Of a stretch of DNA of 64,000 nucleotides, positions 7,825 through 17,765 are shown piece after piece. This DNA comes from Pseudomonadota bacterium. GTDB taxonomy: Bacteria > Desulfobacterota > Desulfovibrionia > Desulfovibrionales > Desulfomicrobiaceae. Every line of letters begins with the position of its first letter. Position 1 is the first letter of the stretch. Position numbers and translations under genes: made by a program. The stretch is from NCBI GenBank assembly GCA_018902545.1, contig JAHIQM010000004.1, positions 124,882 through 188,881 of the forward strand, written 5' to 3'. The notes under the pieces were generated by a model, which saw nothing but the letters and a program-made list of their open reading frames with translations, did not search any database and was not told the origin of the DNA.

Positions 7825-8919
7825 TCAACATACTTGAAAGTCGGGCTCCGCGTCTGCGTTGACAAAAACGTGCATCAGATGTCCCGGAACATGCAGAGCG
7901 ACCGTCTCACCCTCCGGAAACGCCGAAACGCACGGAACCCTGGCATGAAGGTGCACGTCGTTTCCCGTCGATCTGTCCGGCACTTGCAGGTGAACCAGGG
8001 TGGCTCCAGGCAGGAGCCGCGTGGCCAGGACCTTTGCCGCAACCACCTGGCCAGTGCCAAGGGAGGTGCAGGAGGTTGAGACCTGCACTGCGTCGGGCCT
8101 GAACATCAGGGTCACGCGAGCGCCGTCCGGCAGATTTCCGACGTCGACCCCGCCAAGCACGGTCTCTACGCGGCCCGCGCTCACCGTTCCGTAGAGCGTG
8201 TTCACTTCGCTGAAAAAAGTGGCCACAAAAGGCGTGGACGGACGCGAATACAGCTCCACCGGAGTCCCGGTCTGCACCACCCGGCCTTCACGCAGCAGCA
8301 CGATCCGGTCGCCCATGAACATGGCCTCCTCGGGATCGTGCGTGACCATGACGGTGGCAACCCCGCTTTCTTTGAGCACATGCAGTGTCTGATCCCTGAT
8401 CTGGACCCGCAAACGCGCGTCCAGGCTGGAAAAGGGCTCATCGAGGAGCATGATGCGCGGGTCCGGGGCCAAAGCCCGGGCCAGGGCCACGCGCTGCTGC
8501 TGGCCTCCGGACAGCTCGTGCGGGTAGACCCCAGCGTGATCCTGCATGTTCACCCGGCCCAATGCGGCGAGAGCCTTGGAGCGTCGCAACGCCGGATCCT
8601 TCATGCCGACCAGCCCGAACATGGCGTTTTCGAGCACCGTAAGATGCGGAAAAAGCGCCAGATCCTGAAAGACGAACCCGATGCCGCGCTGCTCTGGCAA
8701 GAGCTGCTGACGGCCGTCGGCCATAATCCGCCCATCAAGGAGGATGCGCCCGGACTGGACCTCCTCAAGCCCGGCGATAAGCCGCAGCAGGGTTGTCTTC
8801 CCGCACCCCGAAGGCCCGAGAAGGCAGAGCACCTCCCCGGGATGCACTTCAAGACTGATGTTGTGCAGGACGGTCTTGGTCCCGAAATGATGTTCTATTT
8901 TTTCAATTAAAAGAGACAT
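7825..8919 (-). CDS. fbpC: Fe3+ ABC transporter ATP-binding subunit (FbpC/AfuC-like)
   Basis: GPSGCGKT, LSGGQQQR, LLDEPF; operon with permease and binding protein. Confidence 0.88.
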   Translation of the reverse strand: MSLLIEKIEHHFGTKTVLHNISLEVHPGEVLCLLGPSGCGKTTLLRLIAGLEEVQSGRILLDGRIMADGRQQLLPEQRGIGFVFQDLALFPHLTVLENAMFGLVGMKDPALRRSKALAALGRVNMQDHAGVYPHELSGGQQQRVALARALAPDPRIMLLDEPFSSLDARLRVQIRDQTLHVLKESGVATVMVTHDPEEAMFMGDRIVLLREGRVVQTGTPVELYSRPSTPFVATFFSEVNTLYGTVSAGRVETVLGGVDVGNLPDGARVTLMFRPDAVQVSTSCTSLGTGQVVAAKVLATRLLPGATLVHLQVPDRSTGNDVHLHARVPCVSAFPEGETVALHVPGHLMHVFVNADAEPDFQVC

Positions 8920-8931
8920 GTGCGTTCCTTT

Positions 8932-10566
8932 TCACTGCGACGTGTTCCAGCCAGGGCGCGACCGGGCGATGAGCATGCTGGCCAGAATGACCGGAATGAT
9001 CCCGGCGACGACGATGGCCAGGGACGAACTGGACGATTCCTTGAGCAGCCCGTCGGAAGCCAATTCATAAGACCGCAAGGCCAGGGTGTTCAGTCCGAAA
9101 GGACGCATCATCAGCGTCGCGGGCAATTCCTTCATCACGTCCACAAAGACCAGCACCCCGGCCGTGAACAGGCTTCCTTTCATGATCGGGGCGTGCACCC
9201 TGCGCAAGGTCTGCGTCGCGGACAGACCCAAAGTCCTGGCCGCCCCGTCCATGCTGGGAGTCACTTTCTGCAGACTGGCCTCGACGGTGTTGGTCGATAT
9301 GGCCAGAAATCGGATCAAGTAGGCAAAGACAAGAGCCGTCCAGGTGCCGGTCAGCAGCAACCCGGTCGAAACTCCGAACATATTCACAACGACTCGATCC
9401 AGCATGTTGTCCACGAAAGTCAGCGGCAACATGACACCAAGGGCGATGACCGCTCCAGGGATCGCGTAGCCAAGAGACGCCGTCTGTACGGCGAAGGAGG
9501 TCAGCCTGCCGGGTGAAAGGCGACGCCCGTAGGCCAGGATGACCGCCACTGCCACAGCAAGAACGGCGCTTATTCCGGCCAGGGCAAGGGTGTTGCGGGC
9601 CATGACGAAAAAGCGCGCATCCACCAATGCCCATGTCTGCCATGTCCACAGTGTCATGGCGGCCACCGGGATGAAAAAACCGAACAGCACGGGGACGAAA
9701 CAGACGCAAAAAGCGAGGGCCGCCTTAGGCCGGGACAGGCGGTAGCGGCGGATTTGGCGATAATACCCCGTGGTATGGCTGACCCGCCCACGTCTGGACC
9801 GCTTCTCCACAAGAATCAGGGCCAGGATGAAAATCATGAGCACCGACCCGAGCTGCGCCGCCACTGCAGGCTGGCCCTGACCGAGCCAGGTACGGTAGAT
9901 TCCGGTCACGAAAGTATCTACCGCCAAAAAGCTGACCAGACCGAAGTCGTTGAGCGTCTCCATAAGGACAAGCGCCACACCGCCGGCCACGGCGGGCCTG
10001 GCCAGAGGCAAGGCCACATGCAGAAAAGTGCCCCATGCCCCATGGCCCAGGGTCCTGCCGGCATCGAGCACGCACACGGACTGTTCAAGGAATGCGGCCC
10101 GGGCAAGAAGGTAGACATAGGGGTAAAAGACCAGGGTCATCATGAGCATCGCGCCGGGCAGGGACCGTATCTGCGGAAACCAGTACTCCGTCGCAGAGCG
10201 CCACCCGAAGCTGTCGCGCAGAAACGATTGGACCGGGCCGCCGTATTCCAGCAGCCCGGTATAAGTGAAAGCGATGACATAGGCTGGAATGGCCAGGGGA
10301 ATGATCAGGCTCCATTCGAAAAAACGCCGCAACGGAAAACTGGTCATGCACACAAGCCAGGCCGTCCCGACGCCCAGAACCATGGTCCCCGCGCCGACTC
10401 CGAGCATCAAGGCGAGAGAATTGAAGACATAGTGCGGCAGCACCGTGGATGCCAGATGCCGCCACACGTCCAGCGACGGGGTGAACAGGAAGGTCGCGAT
10501 CACAATAACCGGGACAGCCGCCAGGGCCGCAATGCCCACAACCGTTACCTTCCAGAAATTCACCAT
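8932..10566 (-). CDS. fbpB: Fe3+ ABC transporter permease (FbpB-like)
   Basis: 544 aa with two permease repeats; LAIPAYVIAF, DAGRTLG and DGAARTLG EAA-like loops. Confidence 0.88.
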   Translation of the reverse strand: MVNFWKVTVVGIAALAAVPVIVIATFLFTPSLDVWRHLASTVLPHYVFNSLALMLGVGAGTMVLGVGTAWLVCMTSFPLRRFFEWSLIIPLAIPAYVIAFTYTGLLEYGGPVQSFLRDSFGWRSATEYWFPQIRSLPGAMLMMTLVFYPYVYLLARAAFLEQSVCVLDAGRTLGHGAWGTFLHVALPLARPAVAGGVALVLMETLNDFGLVSFLAVDTFVTGIYRTWLGQGQPAVAAQLGSVLMIFILALILVEKRSRRGRVSHTTGYYRQIRRYRLSRPKAALAFCVCFVPVLFGFFIPVAAMTLWTWQTWALVDARFFVMARNTLALAGISAVLAVAVAVILAYGRRLSPGRLTSFAVQTASLGYAIPGAVIALGVMLPLTFVDNMLDRVVVNMFGVSTGLLLTGTWTALVFAYLIRFLAISTNTVEASLQKVTPSMDGAARTLGLSATQTLRRVHAPIMKGSLFTAGVLVFVDVMKELPATLMMRPFGLNTLALRSYELASDGLLKESSSSSLAIVVAGIIPVILASMLIARSRPGWNTSQ

Positions 10567-10577
10567 CCGCTCCTTTG

Positions 10578-11615
10578 CTATTTCCAGCCGCCGCGATCCA
10601 TGGCCCGGACAGCCTCCGCATTGAACTTCTCGATGTTCGACAAGTTCAGGTCATCGGCCTTGAAGTCCCCCATATCGGCAACAACGCCGCTGGCTTTGAC
10701 TGCGGGATTTACAGGATATTCATTATTTTCCCGTGCGTAAATCTCCTGAGCGATTTCACCAGAGAGAAATTCGAGCAGCTTGATGGATTCCGGGATGTTC
10801 CGAGCACTCTGGGTCACGCCTCCCCCACTCAAGTTCATGTGCGCACCACGGTCATTCTGATTGGGCCACAGCACGCGCACGGCTTCGGTCACTTTTCTGT
10901 CCTCGGGTTTATCCGAAGCAAGAAGCCTTGCGAAATAATAACTGTTGGCCACCGCCACCGCGCATTCTCCCGAAGCAACAGCCTTGATCTGGGCCGTATC
11001 GTTGTCCTGGGGCTTGCGCGCGAAGTTGTTCACGAACCCCTTGATCCACGCTTCGGTCTTCTCCACGCCGTCGTGGGCTATAAAAGATGCAACCAGGGAC
11101 TGATTGTAGACATTGGAAGAACTGCGCACGCAAATCACCTGACCGAGTTCTGGATCTGCCAGGGCCTCGTAGGTATCGATCTTGTCGGGCGCGATGCGCT
11201 GCGGATCGTAATAGATCACGCGGGCACGGGCGGAAAGACCGTACCAGTAACCTTCGACGTCCCGGTAGGACTCTTCGATGTTCCCAGTCAAAATATCCGA
11301 AGCCACGGGCTGTAACACCCCCGCCTGCTTGGCCGCGACCAGGTTACCCACATCGACGGTGATCAGCACGTCAGCGGGGCTGTTGTGGCCTTCGCCGCGA
11401 AGACGCTCCAGCAATGCGGGTCCCTCGCCGGTCAGCAGTTTATACGATATTCCTGTCTGACTGGAGAACTCATCCAGCAAGGGCTTGATCAGATGCTCCT
11501 GGCGGGCGGAATACACGTTCACCTCAGCCGCGAAAGACTGCCCGAGGAGGCCAAACGTCGCAACCAGCGCGAAAAAGATTGTTCCAAAAAAAGTTTTATG
11601 TCTCGAAAATTTCAT
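10578..11615 (-). CDS. fbpA: Fe3+ ABC transporter substrate-binding protein (FbpA/FutA-like)
   Basis: Signal peptide, VNVYSARQ, ICVRSSSNVYNQSL, ANSYYF tandem Tyr ligands; GGAGG RBS before ATG 11615. Confidence 0.88.
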   Translation of the reverse strand: MKFSRHKTFFGTIFFALVATFGLLGQSFAAEVNVYSARQEHLIKPLLDEFSSQTGISYKLLTGEGPALLERLRGEGHNSPADVLITVDVGNLVAAKQAGVLQPVASDILTGNIEESYRDVEGYWYGLSARARVIYYDPQRIAPDKIDTYEALADPELGQVICVRSSSNVYNQSLVASFIAHDGVEKTEAWIKGFVNNFARKPQDNDTAQIKAVASGECAVAVANSYYFARLLASDKPEDRKVTEAVRVLWPNQNDRGAHMNLSGGGVTQSARNIPESIKLLEFLSGEIAQEIYARENNEYPVNPAVKASGVVADMGDFKADDLNLSNIEKFNAEAVRAMDRGGWK

Positions 11616-11926
11616 GCCAAATAACCTCCATGAAAACGAAAAGTTTCCGGTAAATTTCCCAAAAAAAGAGACCGTCCGCCTCCTGGGCCGCAACAATTTA
11701 ATTCTGACAACTCATCGAACATTCTTCCAGGACCTTGAAACACGTTGCCAAACGGGCCTTTCCAGCTACTGGACAAATCTGGACGAACACTGAATTACCC
11801 TTGCCGAGCTATCTAGTCTTTTCAGGTCCGGATTGGCAAGCATTATTTGATGCGTCTAATTAATACCCCATCTCAGCACATCCTCGCGAACCCCGGCAGA
11901 TCAAGATTAACTAACCCGTTTGAAAC

Positions 11927-11992
11927 AAAAAAAAGGCCCTGCAGCATAATGACTGTAAGGCCCGATTTTCCTTGGCGACGAGAAAGACTTGA
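11927..11992 (-). repeat. Hairpin plus T-tract (minus strand) with adjacent tRNA-3'-like relic; shares a 22-mer with 29109-29130
   Basis: tgactgtaaggcccgattttcc versus tgactgtaaggcccgaatttcc (21/22); stem followed by T8 on the minus strand. Confidence 0.55.
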
Positions 11993-12285
11993 TGCCCTGC
12001 ATGATTCAACAACCCAAAATTACACGTCTATTTTCAAAAAAAATCTCTGCCGTTGATTATTGACTCATTCAAATCAACCACAGACACCCGGCTCCAGCCG
12101 GACTTAAGACTCCCTCCGCAATGAAAAGGCCGCCAACAAAAGCCCATGCAATAGCGCTTGTTCATCAACAATCTCATGTGAGAACTTCTCTGCTCACCAA
12201 CTCATCAAGACAGTCCTGAAAGAATACTCTGTTTCATGGCAATTTGGCCGATAAGATTCGCGATCGGGCAAAGAGGCGCGAGCTC

Positions 12286-12966
12286 TTATGCTTGTTTGGC
12301 CTGACGCTCCAGTTCCATCTTGAAGGACGGATCAAGCTTCAGCTGGCGAGCCAGTTCGTCCAGGTAAGCACGCTCCATGAAATTCTCCTCGTCGACCATC
12401 AGCAGGCTGGCCAGGTACATTTCAGCGGCAATCTCCGGAGTTGTGGCGGAAGTCGCGATTTCCGCAGGATCCATGGGCTTGCGCAGCTCCTGGTCAACCC
12501 AGAACTGCAGTTCCCGGTCATCGGTCAACTGCGCGATACTCTGGTCGATCAATTGCCGTTCACGATCGTCAATATGACCGTCTGCCTTTGCAGCCGCGAT
12601 GATCGCCCGAAGAACCGCCTTTCCATGAACTTCGACTTCGGAAGCAGGAATCCTGTCCACCGTCCGGGGTTGCGGTATTTGGGGTGCGGAGGAGTTGTTC
12701 TGCTGCCAGGTGTTAAAAGCCTTGTAAGCCACCACTCCGAGCGCCGCCAGACCGCCGTATTTTAACGCCGATCCACCGATCTTCCGTGCTTTTTTACTGC
12801 CCATAAGCACCCCGATTGTGCCAGCAGCCAAAGCGCCGCCTCCCATTCCCGTAAGCAGAGAACCCAAGGGATTTCCTTGAGCAGGAGCATTCCCGGGGTT
12901 TCCAGCATTTTGCAGTGCCCCAGAACCTGACTTTAACAATTGATCAAGAAGATTCATAATACTCAT
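12286..12966 (-). CDS. DUF533 (YebE / TerB-like) family protein
   Basis: YGGLAALGVVAYKAF, AIIAAAKADGHIDDRE and EMYLASLL motifs. Confidence 0.85.
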   Translation of the reverse strand: MSIMNLLDQLLKSGSGALQNAGNPGNAPAQGNPLGSLLTGMGGGALAAGTIGVLMGSKKARKIGGSALKYGGLAALGVVAYKAFNTWQQNNSSAPQIPQPRTVDRIPASEVEVHGKAVLRAIIAAAKADGHIDDRERQLIDQSIAQLTDDRELQFWVDQELRKPMDPAEIATSATTPEIAAEMYLASLLMVDEENFMERAYLDELARQLKLDPSFKMELERQAKQA

Positions 12967-13122
12967 GATATAACTCCTCATAAAGATGAAATGACAATGT
13001 AAAAAAAGCAGGATTTAAACTCGACTCTGTATTTGCTTCATATCCAAAAAATAACATTCCGGTGTACATACCTCCAGCAAGCGCTTTCCATTCACATGGC
13101 ATGAGACCTCAAAACAAAAGGA

Positions 13123-14319
13123 CTAAACAATTTCTTGCGCTCTTGTATACGGATTCTGCTGGAACAACATCCAAGTCAGCGGCGCAGTGGACAAGACTAA
13201 CAGCACACTCATGGCGATGGATATCCCATACGATCCGGTGGCGTCGGCTATCATGCCGCCCAGTGGCGGACCGATGAGCGCCGCCAGGCCGTACCAAAGG
13301 AAGCAAATGGGATAAAGACGTGGAAATAGCCCTATCCCAAGTTGCTCGACAATTGAGGCTGCATAGACAACGAAGCAGCCACCAAACCCGATGCCCGTGA
13401 GCAGTACGGCGGAGAGCACAAGGGCTGGTACGGACGGAAGCAGAAAGAGCAGCATGCTAAGACCGAGGAAAGCCTGGGAGAGGAAGATGGTCATGCGCGA
13501 ACCGAACCGGTCGTGCACCTGCCCCCAACCGATCCGGCCCATGGCGTTTCCCAGAGCAAAGACCGATATGGCCACGGTGGCAGTCGAACTTCCAAGCCCC
13601 AGGGACAAGGCCATGGGCTTGAGATTGCCCACCACAAGCAGGCCGGCGAAGGTCCCGCAGAACATGCCCAGACACAGGAGCAGAAAATTGCGCGACGTCA
13701 GCGCGCCGGTCGGAACCTGCATTTGGCGCCCTGACGCCCGCTGTATTCCGGTGCCACTGCCGCGGGGAGGTTCGCGCAAGAGCAACGCGCTGCAAACGGC
13801 AACAAGACCGCACCCGAGGCCGATGAATCGGAAGACGTGCATGACGTCCATGCCGCGAGTGACAAGCAGATGCTCGGCCACGAAGCTTAAGAATATGGCA
13901 CCGGCTCCGAAACCGGCCACGGAGACGCCGGTCACAAGCCCCTTCTTGTCAGGAAACCACTGCATGGCCACCGTCAGGGGACAGATGTACCCGAACCCGA
14001 TCCCCGCGCCCGCGACCAGGCTCAGGCTTATGAGCAGCAGGAGAAAATCGCCCTGGGAAAAGGACGCCATCACATACCCTGCAGCAAAAAGCAGCGCGCC
14101 GATGAGCGCCGTCACGCGTGCGCCCCGGCGCTGCATGAATTTCCCGGCGGGAATCATGACACTGGTAAAAACCGCTATGGTAGCCCCAAAAATCAGCCCG
14201 CACTGGCTGGTGGTCAGCCCGTAACCGGATTTCAGCAGTGGAACAAATTCGCTCCAGGCATAAATTCCGCCAAGTATCATCTGCATCAGGCAGCCGGCGC
14301 CCAAGACAGCCCATTTCAT
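13123..14319 (-). CDS. MFS transporter, oxalate/formate antiporter (OFA)-like
   Basis: 12-TM pattern; LGGIYAWS, WFPDKKGLVTG, GRIGWGQVHDRFG. Confidence 0.85.
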   Translation of the reverse strand: MKWAVLGAGCLMQMILGGIYAWSEFVPLLKSGYGLTTSQCGLIFGATIAVFTSVMIPAGKFMQRRGARVTALIGALLFAAGYVMASFSQGDFLLLLISLSLVAGAGIGFGYICPLTVAMQWFPDKKGLVTGVSVAGFGAGAIFLSFVAEHLLVTRGMDVMHVFRFIGLGCGLVAVCSALLLREPPRGSGTGIQRASGRQMQVPTGALTSRNFLLLCLGMFCGTFAGLLVVGNLKPMALSLGLGSSTATVAISVFALGNAMGRIGWGQVHDRFGSRMTIFLSQAFLGLSMLLFLLPSVPALVLSAVLLTGIGFGGCFVVYAASIVEQLGIGLFPRLYPICFLWYGLAALIGPPLGGMIADATGSYGISIAMSVLLVLSTAPLTWMLFQQNPYTRAQEIV

Positions 14320-14624
14320 CGCACGTCCTGCCTGACACCTTCGAGGACATCGAGCACTTCGCCGATACGGCAGGTGCTCTCCAGGGGATGCCGCAGATGC
14401 TTGTCGCGCTGAATGGTGTACTCCACACGCCGCCCATCGCGCTCCCCGGCCAGATAGCCGGCAGCGCGCAACTCTGCGACGATGCGCTGAACGGCGCGCT
14501 CCGTGATGCCGACCTCACGCGCGACATCCCGCATGCGCATGCTCGGGTCCCTGGACAGACACAATAAAACGTGTGTGTGATTGGTCAAAAAGGTCCACAC
14601 GGATTCATAAGGAGCTGAAGTCAT
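14316..14624 (-). CDS. Small winged helix-turn-helix regulator (MarR/AsnC-like)
   Basis: WTFLTNHTHVLLCL, RMRDVAREVGITERAVQRIV; 4-nt overlap with the MFS gene. Confidence 0.85.
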   Translation of the reverse strand: MTSAPYESVWTFLTNHTHVLLCLSRDPSMRMRDVAREVGITERAVQRIVAELRAAGYLAGERDGRRVEYTIQRDKHLRHPLESTCRIGEVLDVLEGVRQDVR

Positions 14625-14685
14625 TGCCTGTCTCTCGTAAAGAAGTGAATGAACTCGCTGTCTAACTACATTTATGCGCAGCATG

Positions 14686-14709
14686 ATTCACGAAAACAGT
14701 TTCGTGAAT
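14686..14709. promoter_or_regulatory. Perfect palindromic operator candidate
   Basis: ATTCACGAAA-acag-TTTCGTGAAT, ~60 nt upstream of the wHTH start. Confidence 0.7.
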
Positions 14710-15458
14710 AGAGCAGCTTTCTGCTCATCAATTCCTTTCGTGTCAAGTCCTCAGTGGCAAAGATGTCATGGTGCGGGCATGTCATTATTCCATGCCGATT
14801 CAAAGAATGCGGTCAGTTTCATGCAAGTGACCAGCTGACAAAGTACCCTCATTCGCGCCAATATTGACAAGCAGAACCAAAAGGCTCATTTAAAAAAAAA
14901 GCGATTTTTTTGATTAGATATTCGCACCAACATCAACAAATGGAGCATTACCAACTCTAAAATATGAAATCTCCGTTAATGACCGAATTGTACAACAACA
15001 AGGTTTTAATACCTGTTCTAAAAAAATGATCAAATGCGCAAATAGTCTATTACGACTGACTATTTCTCTATTATTAGTATTCTGCGCTCATCCTATCTCC
15101 AAAGAATGCGCTCAGGACACTGTACAATCGTTTACTAATAGTTCCAGCATGGTTTATTTCACTCCTGCCATTCTGGAATCAACGCTTGCTACTGTTAGTT
15201 CAACCTCTAAAGAAAGCTATAACTCATCAGATAAATCTTTCCAATATGCATTAACTCTACACCAAATACTCTTAAATTCAACACAGCCGCTATTTTCTAT
15301 TCATTTCAACGATATTGATTGTTTTGCTAATAAAATTTGGCTCGCTGCAACAGCCACTCGCGCTCCTCCTATATTCACATCCTAAATAAGCGTTCTATCT
15401 TTCACCAATACAGTTCGCTGTATGTAGTGATACTTATTTAATTGAATATGGAGTTGTT

Positions 15459-15629
15459 ATGCAAAACAATAATGCACACCCCGATCGCACCACGCCGCCT
15501 TCGCGACATCCAGAAATTGACTATACACCCAAAAAATACAATTTGACTGAAAGTATCCAAATAATGCTGAAATTCTTTTCTATAACAGGCATTATTTTTT
15601 TTTACTTTGGATTTTCGAACGTTAGCTAG
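15459..15629 (+). CDS. Possible 56-aa small membrane protein
   Basis: GGAG 5 nt before ATG; C-terminal hydrophobic segment IMLKFFSITGIIFFYFGF; below the ORF-track cutoff. Confidence 0.4.
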   Translation: MQNNNAHPDRTTPPSRHPEIDYTPKKYNLTESIQIMLKFFSITGIIFFYFGFSNVS

Positions 15630-15719
15630 CTGAATTACATTATTGCGTTTCGATAATTTATGAGGGAGAAATTATCTCCCGCATGTCCAGCGCACAATTT
15701 AAATTTAGTGAGCCTAATA

Positions 15720-16289
15720 ATGATCCTACAAAAACAAAACACCATTCACTGGAACTACTTTATTGCACTTGAAAATGACCTTTCTTTTCTTTCTCGTTTT
15801 TTAGAAATCACGACATCAAATTTCTCCAGCTACTCAATTGAACTTGGCCGCATTCTTTTTGCTGCAGCTTCAGAAGTTGAGGTTGTTGCCAGATTGTATT
15901 GTCAAAAAATTGATAATATTCACGTTACAGAAAACATAGGAAATTACAAAGCAATCATAACTAAACAACACCCAGACTTCCATGCAATCAAGATACACAT
16001 GCCAATACATGGGATCACTTTAAACCCTTGGAATAAATGGAAGACAGAAACTCAGCCACTTTGGTGGCGTGCATACAATAAAGCAAAGCACGAACGTAAT
16101 GAACATTTTGCGGAAGCAAATTTAAAAAATGCCCTTAATGCAACAGCTGCACTTCATATTTTGCTAATTTTACTTTACAAGAAAGAAGCAGAGGCCGGTG
16201 AGCTTATTCCAAATTCACAGATTTTCTTCATTGGAGAACCATTTTCACTCGATGTACAAATGTCGAAACAAACAAGATCTATTTATTAG
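15720..16289 (+). CDS. AT-rich hypothetical protein
   Basis: 189-aa ORF with globular composition (HWNYFIALE, WWRAYNKAKHER, NLKNALNA); function not recognised. Confidence 0.7.
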   Translation: MILQKQNTIHWNYFIALENDLSFLSRFLEITTSNFSSYSIELGRILFAAASEVEVVARLYCQKIDNIHVTENIGNYKAIITKQHPDFHAIKIHMPIHGITLNPWNKWKTETQPLWWRAYNKAKHERNEHFAEANLKNALNATAALHILLILLYKKEAEAGELIPNSQIFFIGEPFSLDVQMSKQTRSIY

Positions 16290-16539
16290 AAATTTACGTC
16301 TTTAAACAATAATTCAAAATCCTGATTGCGCAATTTTATGAGAAGACAAAACCCGAATTGATTAGAATTGAATACATAACCGTTAAAACAGAACGATTAT
16401 TCATGAAGGTCACAGTTACGTATATTGCCATTGATTTCAATCGGCAAGACGCAATATTTACGCGCGTATCATAATGTTCAACCCAAATAAGACGACGTCT
16501 AAAGCAGCTTGATCTTCATTAAACTGCTGTTTTGCTTAA

Positions 16540-16860
16540 AAAAAAATTGAAATTTGAAATTTTTTCATAGTGGATAGTCCTGGAAATAAAATTGCCACAA
16601 ATTTCTACCTAACATCACAGAGATAATTAATAAATTTAAAAATAATTTAATATAACTATTATTATTTTGATTTTGTATTTTTAATATAAAAAATACAACA
16701 ATTTATCATTTTCATAAGTGATTTGAAAATGAATTTTTTACTTTTGTGTTAAATGAATTTTTTTTATTTTTATTTTTTTATTGACAAAAATTTTAATATA
16801 CAACCTAATTTGCGTAAATATAATTTTTTTATCTTGACTTTTGAATTTAGGTAAAACATT
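16540..16860. other. Extremely AT-rich intergenic/promoter region
   Basis: Long A/T tracts with very few G/C in an otherwise GC-rich window; TTGACA at 16781-16786. Confidence 0.8.
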
Positions 16861-16867
16861 TGTACTT

Positions 16868-16990
16868 CAGCATTGCTGAGTTCCGCCCAGGGCGGAAGCG
16901 GGGGACCCAATTCATTGGGGCGAATCGCATACGCGTAGGGCACCTTTCGGCCCGAGCCCGTCAGCTAACCCCGTAAGCATCGAAAGGAGA
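16868..16990 (+). ncRNA. c-di-AMP riboswitch (ydaO/yuaA family)
   Basis: gctgag, gcgggggaccca, tggggcgaat, gtagggcacc, cccgagcccgtcagctaaccccgtaagc; pseudoknot cctttcg (16943-16949) with cgaaagg (16981-16987). Confidence 0.9.
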
Positions 16991-17047
16991 CCTCCCTTCG
17001 GGGTGAGGCCTCCATACGGTCTACACCTCTTTTTTTGTGGAGGGTTT

Positions 17048-17197
17048 ATGTATTATCCCATCCTCGACATCTTGCGACTTCCTTGCAGCGCAAGTACTTT
17101 TATGTTGCGCCTGCGGCGTAAATCCACATCATCGTCTTCTGCCGTTTTGACTACTCACTACGGTGGCATCGACATTCCTTCTCCTCCGTTACTCTAG
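17048..17197 (+). CDS. 49-aa leader ORF between riboswitch and nuoA
   Basis: GGAGG RBS at 17039-17043 that can pair with riboswitch-proximal cctccat; MYYPILDILRLPCSAST... Confidence 0.4.
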   Translation: MYYPILDILRLPCSASTFMLRLRRKSTSSSSAVLTTHYGGIDIPSPPLL

Positions 17198-17369
17198 AAA
17201 AAGGCAGTCACTACATCTTATCGTGACATTCTTTTTTGAGATTATGCGGTCATATCCATTGGCGTGCCAAGCATTAATGAACTCGGAACAACCCGAGACG
17301 GAATCGCTGTAGCCAAATCTGTTTTGAACAATCTGTTGTCATAAATTTATTCTAGCAGGAGTGATCGTT

Positions 17370-17765
17370 ATGGTCTTCAGCTGGATGAACATGTCCATCC
17401 TCGCGTTTCTGGCGGCCGGCGTTGCGTTTGCAATCGGGCCGATTGTTGTATCCATCCTTTTGGCCCCCAAAGCCAGGGGCGGCGCTTTCGCCGAATCCTA
17501 CGAATGCGGCATTCCGGTACACGGGAGGCAGGCAAGAGTTAGCTTTGGCCTAACCTTCTATTTCTATGCACTCATCTTCATCGCCTTCGACGTCGACGTC
17601 CTCTACCTCTTCCCGGTGGCTGCCATGTATCCAGACACCGTTGGGTGGGTCCCCTTCTGGCAGGTCCTCGTCTTCATTTCCGTGCTGTTCACCGCGATCT
17701 TCTATTTTTCCAGCAAAGGAGTGTTCTCATGGCCCAGACGAATCCGCGTATCACCCCGGCGGTAA
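17370..17765 (+). CDS. nuoA: Complex I-like subunit A
   Basis: [26 protein letters not shown]; AGGAG RBS. Confidence 0.9.
   Translation: MVFSWMNMSILAFLAAGVAFAIGPIVVSILLAPKARGGAFAESYECGIPVHGRQARVSFGLTFYFYALIFIAFDVDVLYLFPVAAMYPDTVGWVPFWQVLVFISVLFTAIFYFSSKGVFSWPRRIRVSPRR

Noticed and set aside
11700-12075. Fur box upstream of the Fe3+ ABC operon (tgattattgactca at ~12054)
   Set aside because: TGA-N8-TCA spacing does not fit the 7-1-7 Fur repeat and it is over 400 nt from the start codon
15026-15385. 119-aa ORF as a real gene
   Set aside because: No RBS or recognisable motif; Ser/Thr-rich composition compatible with a chance ORF in AT-rich DNA
15678-15697. Third copy of the 56-bp repeat (catgtccagcg core)
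   Set aside because: Only 11 nt match and the other conserved blocks are absent
14860-16400. Integron cassette array in the AT-rich patch
   Set aside because: No convincing paired RYYYAAC/GTTRRRY attC structures and no integron integrase
17255-17275. Sigma54 promoter (tggcacg on the minus strand)
   Set aside because: No TTGC at the -12 position and wrong orientation for nuoA
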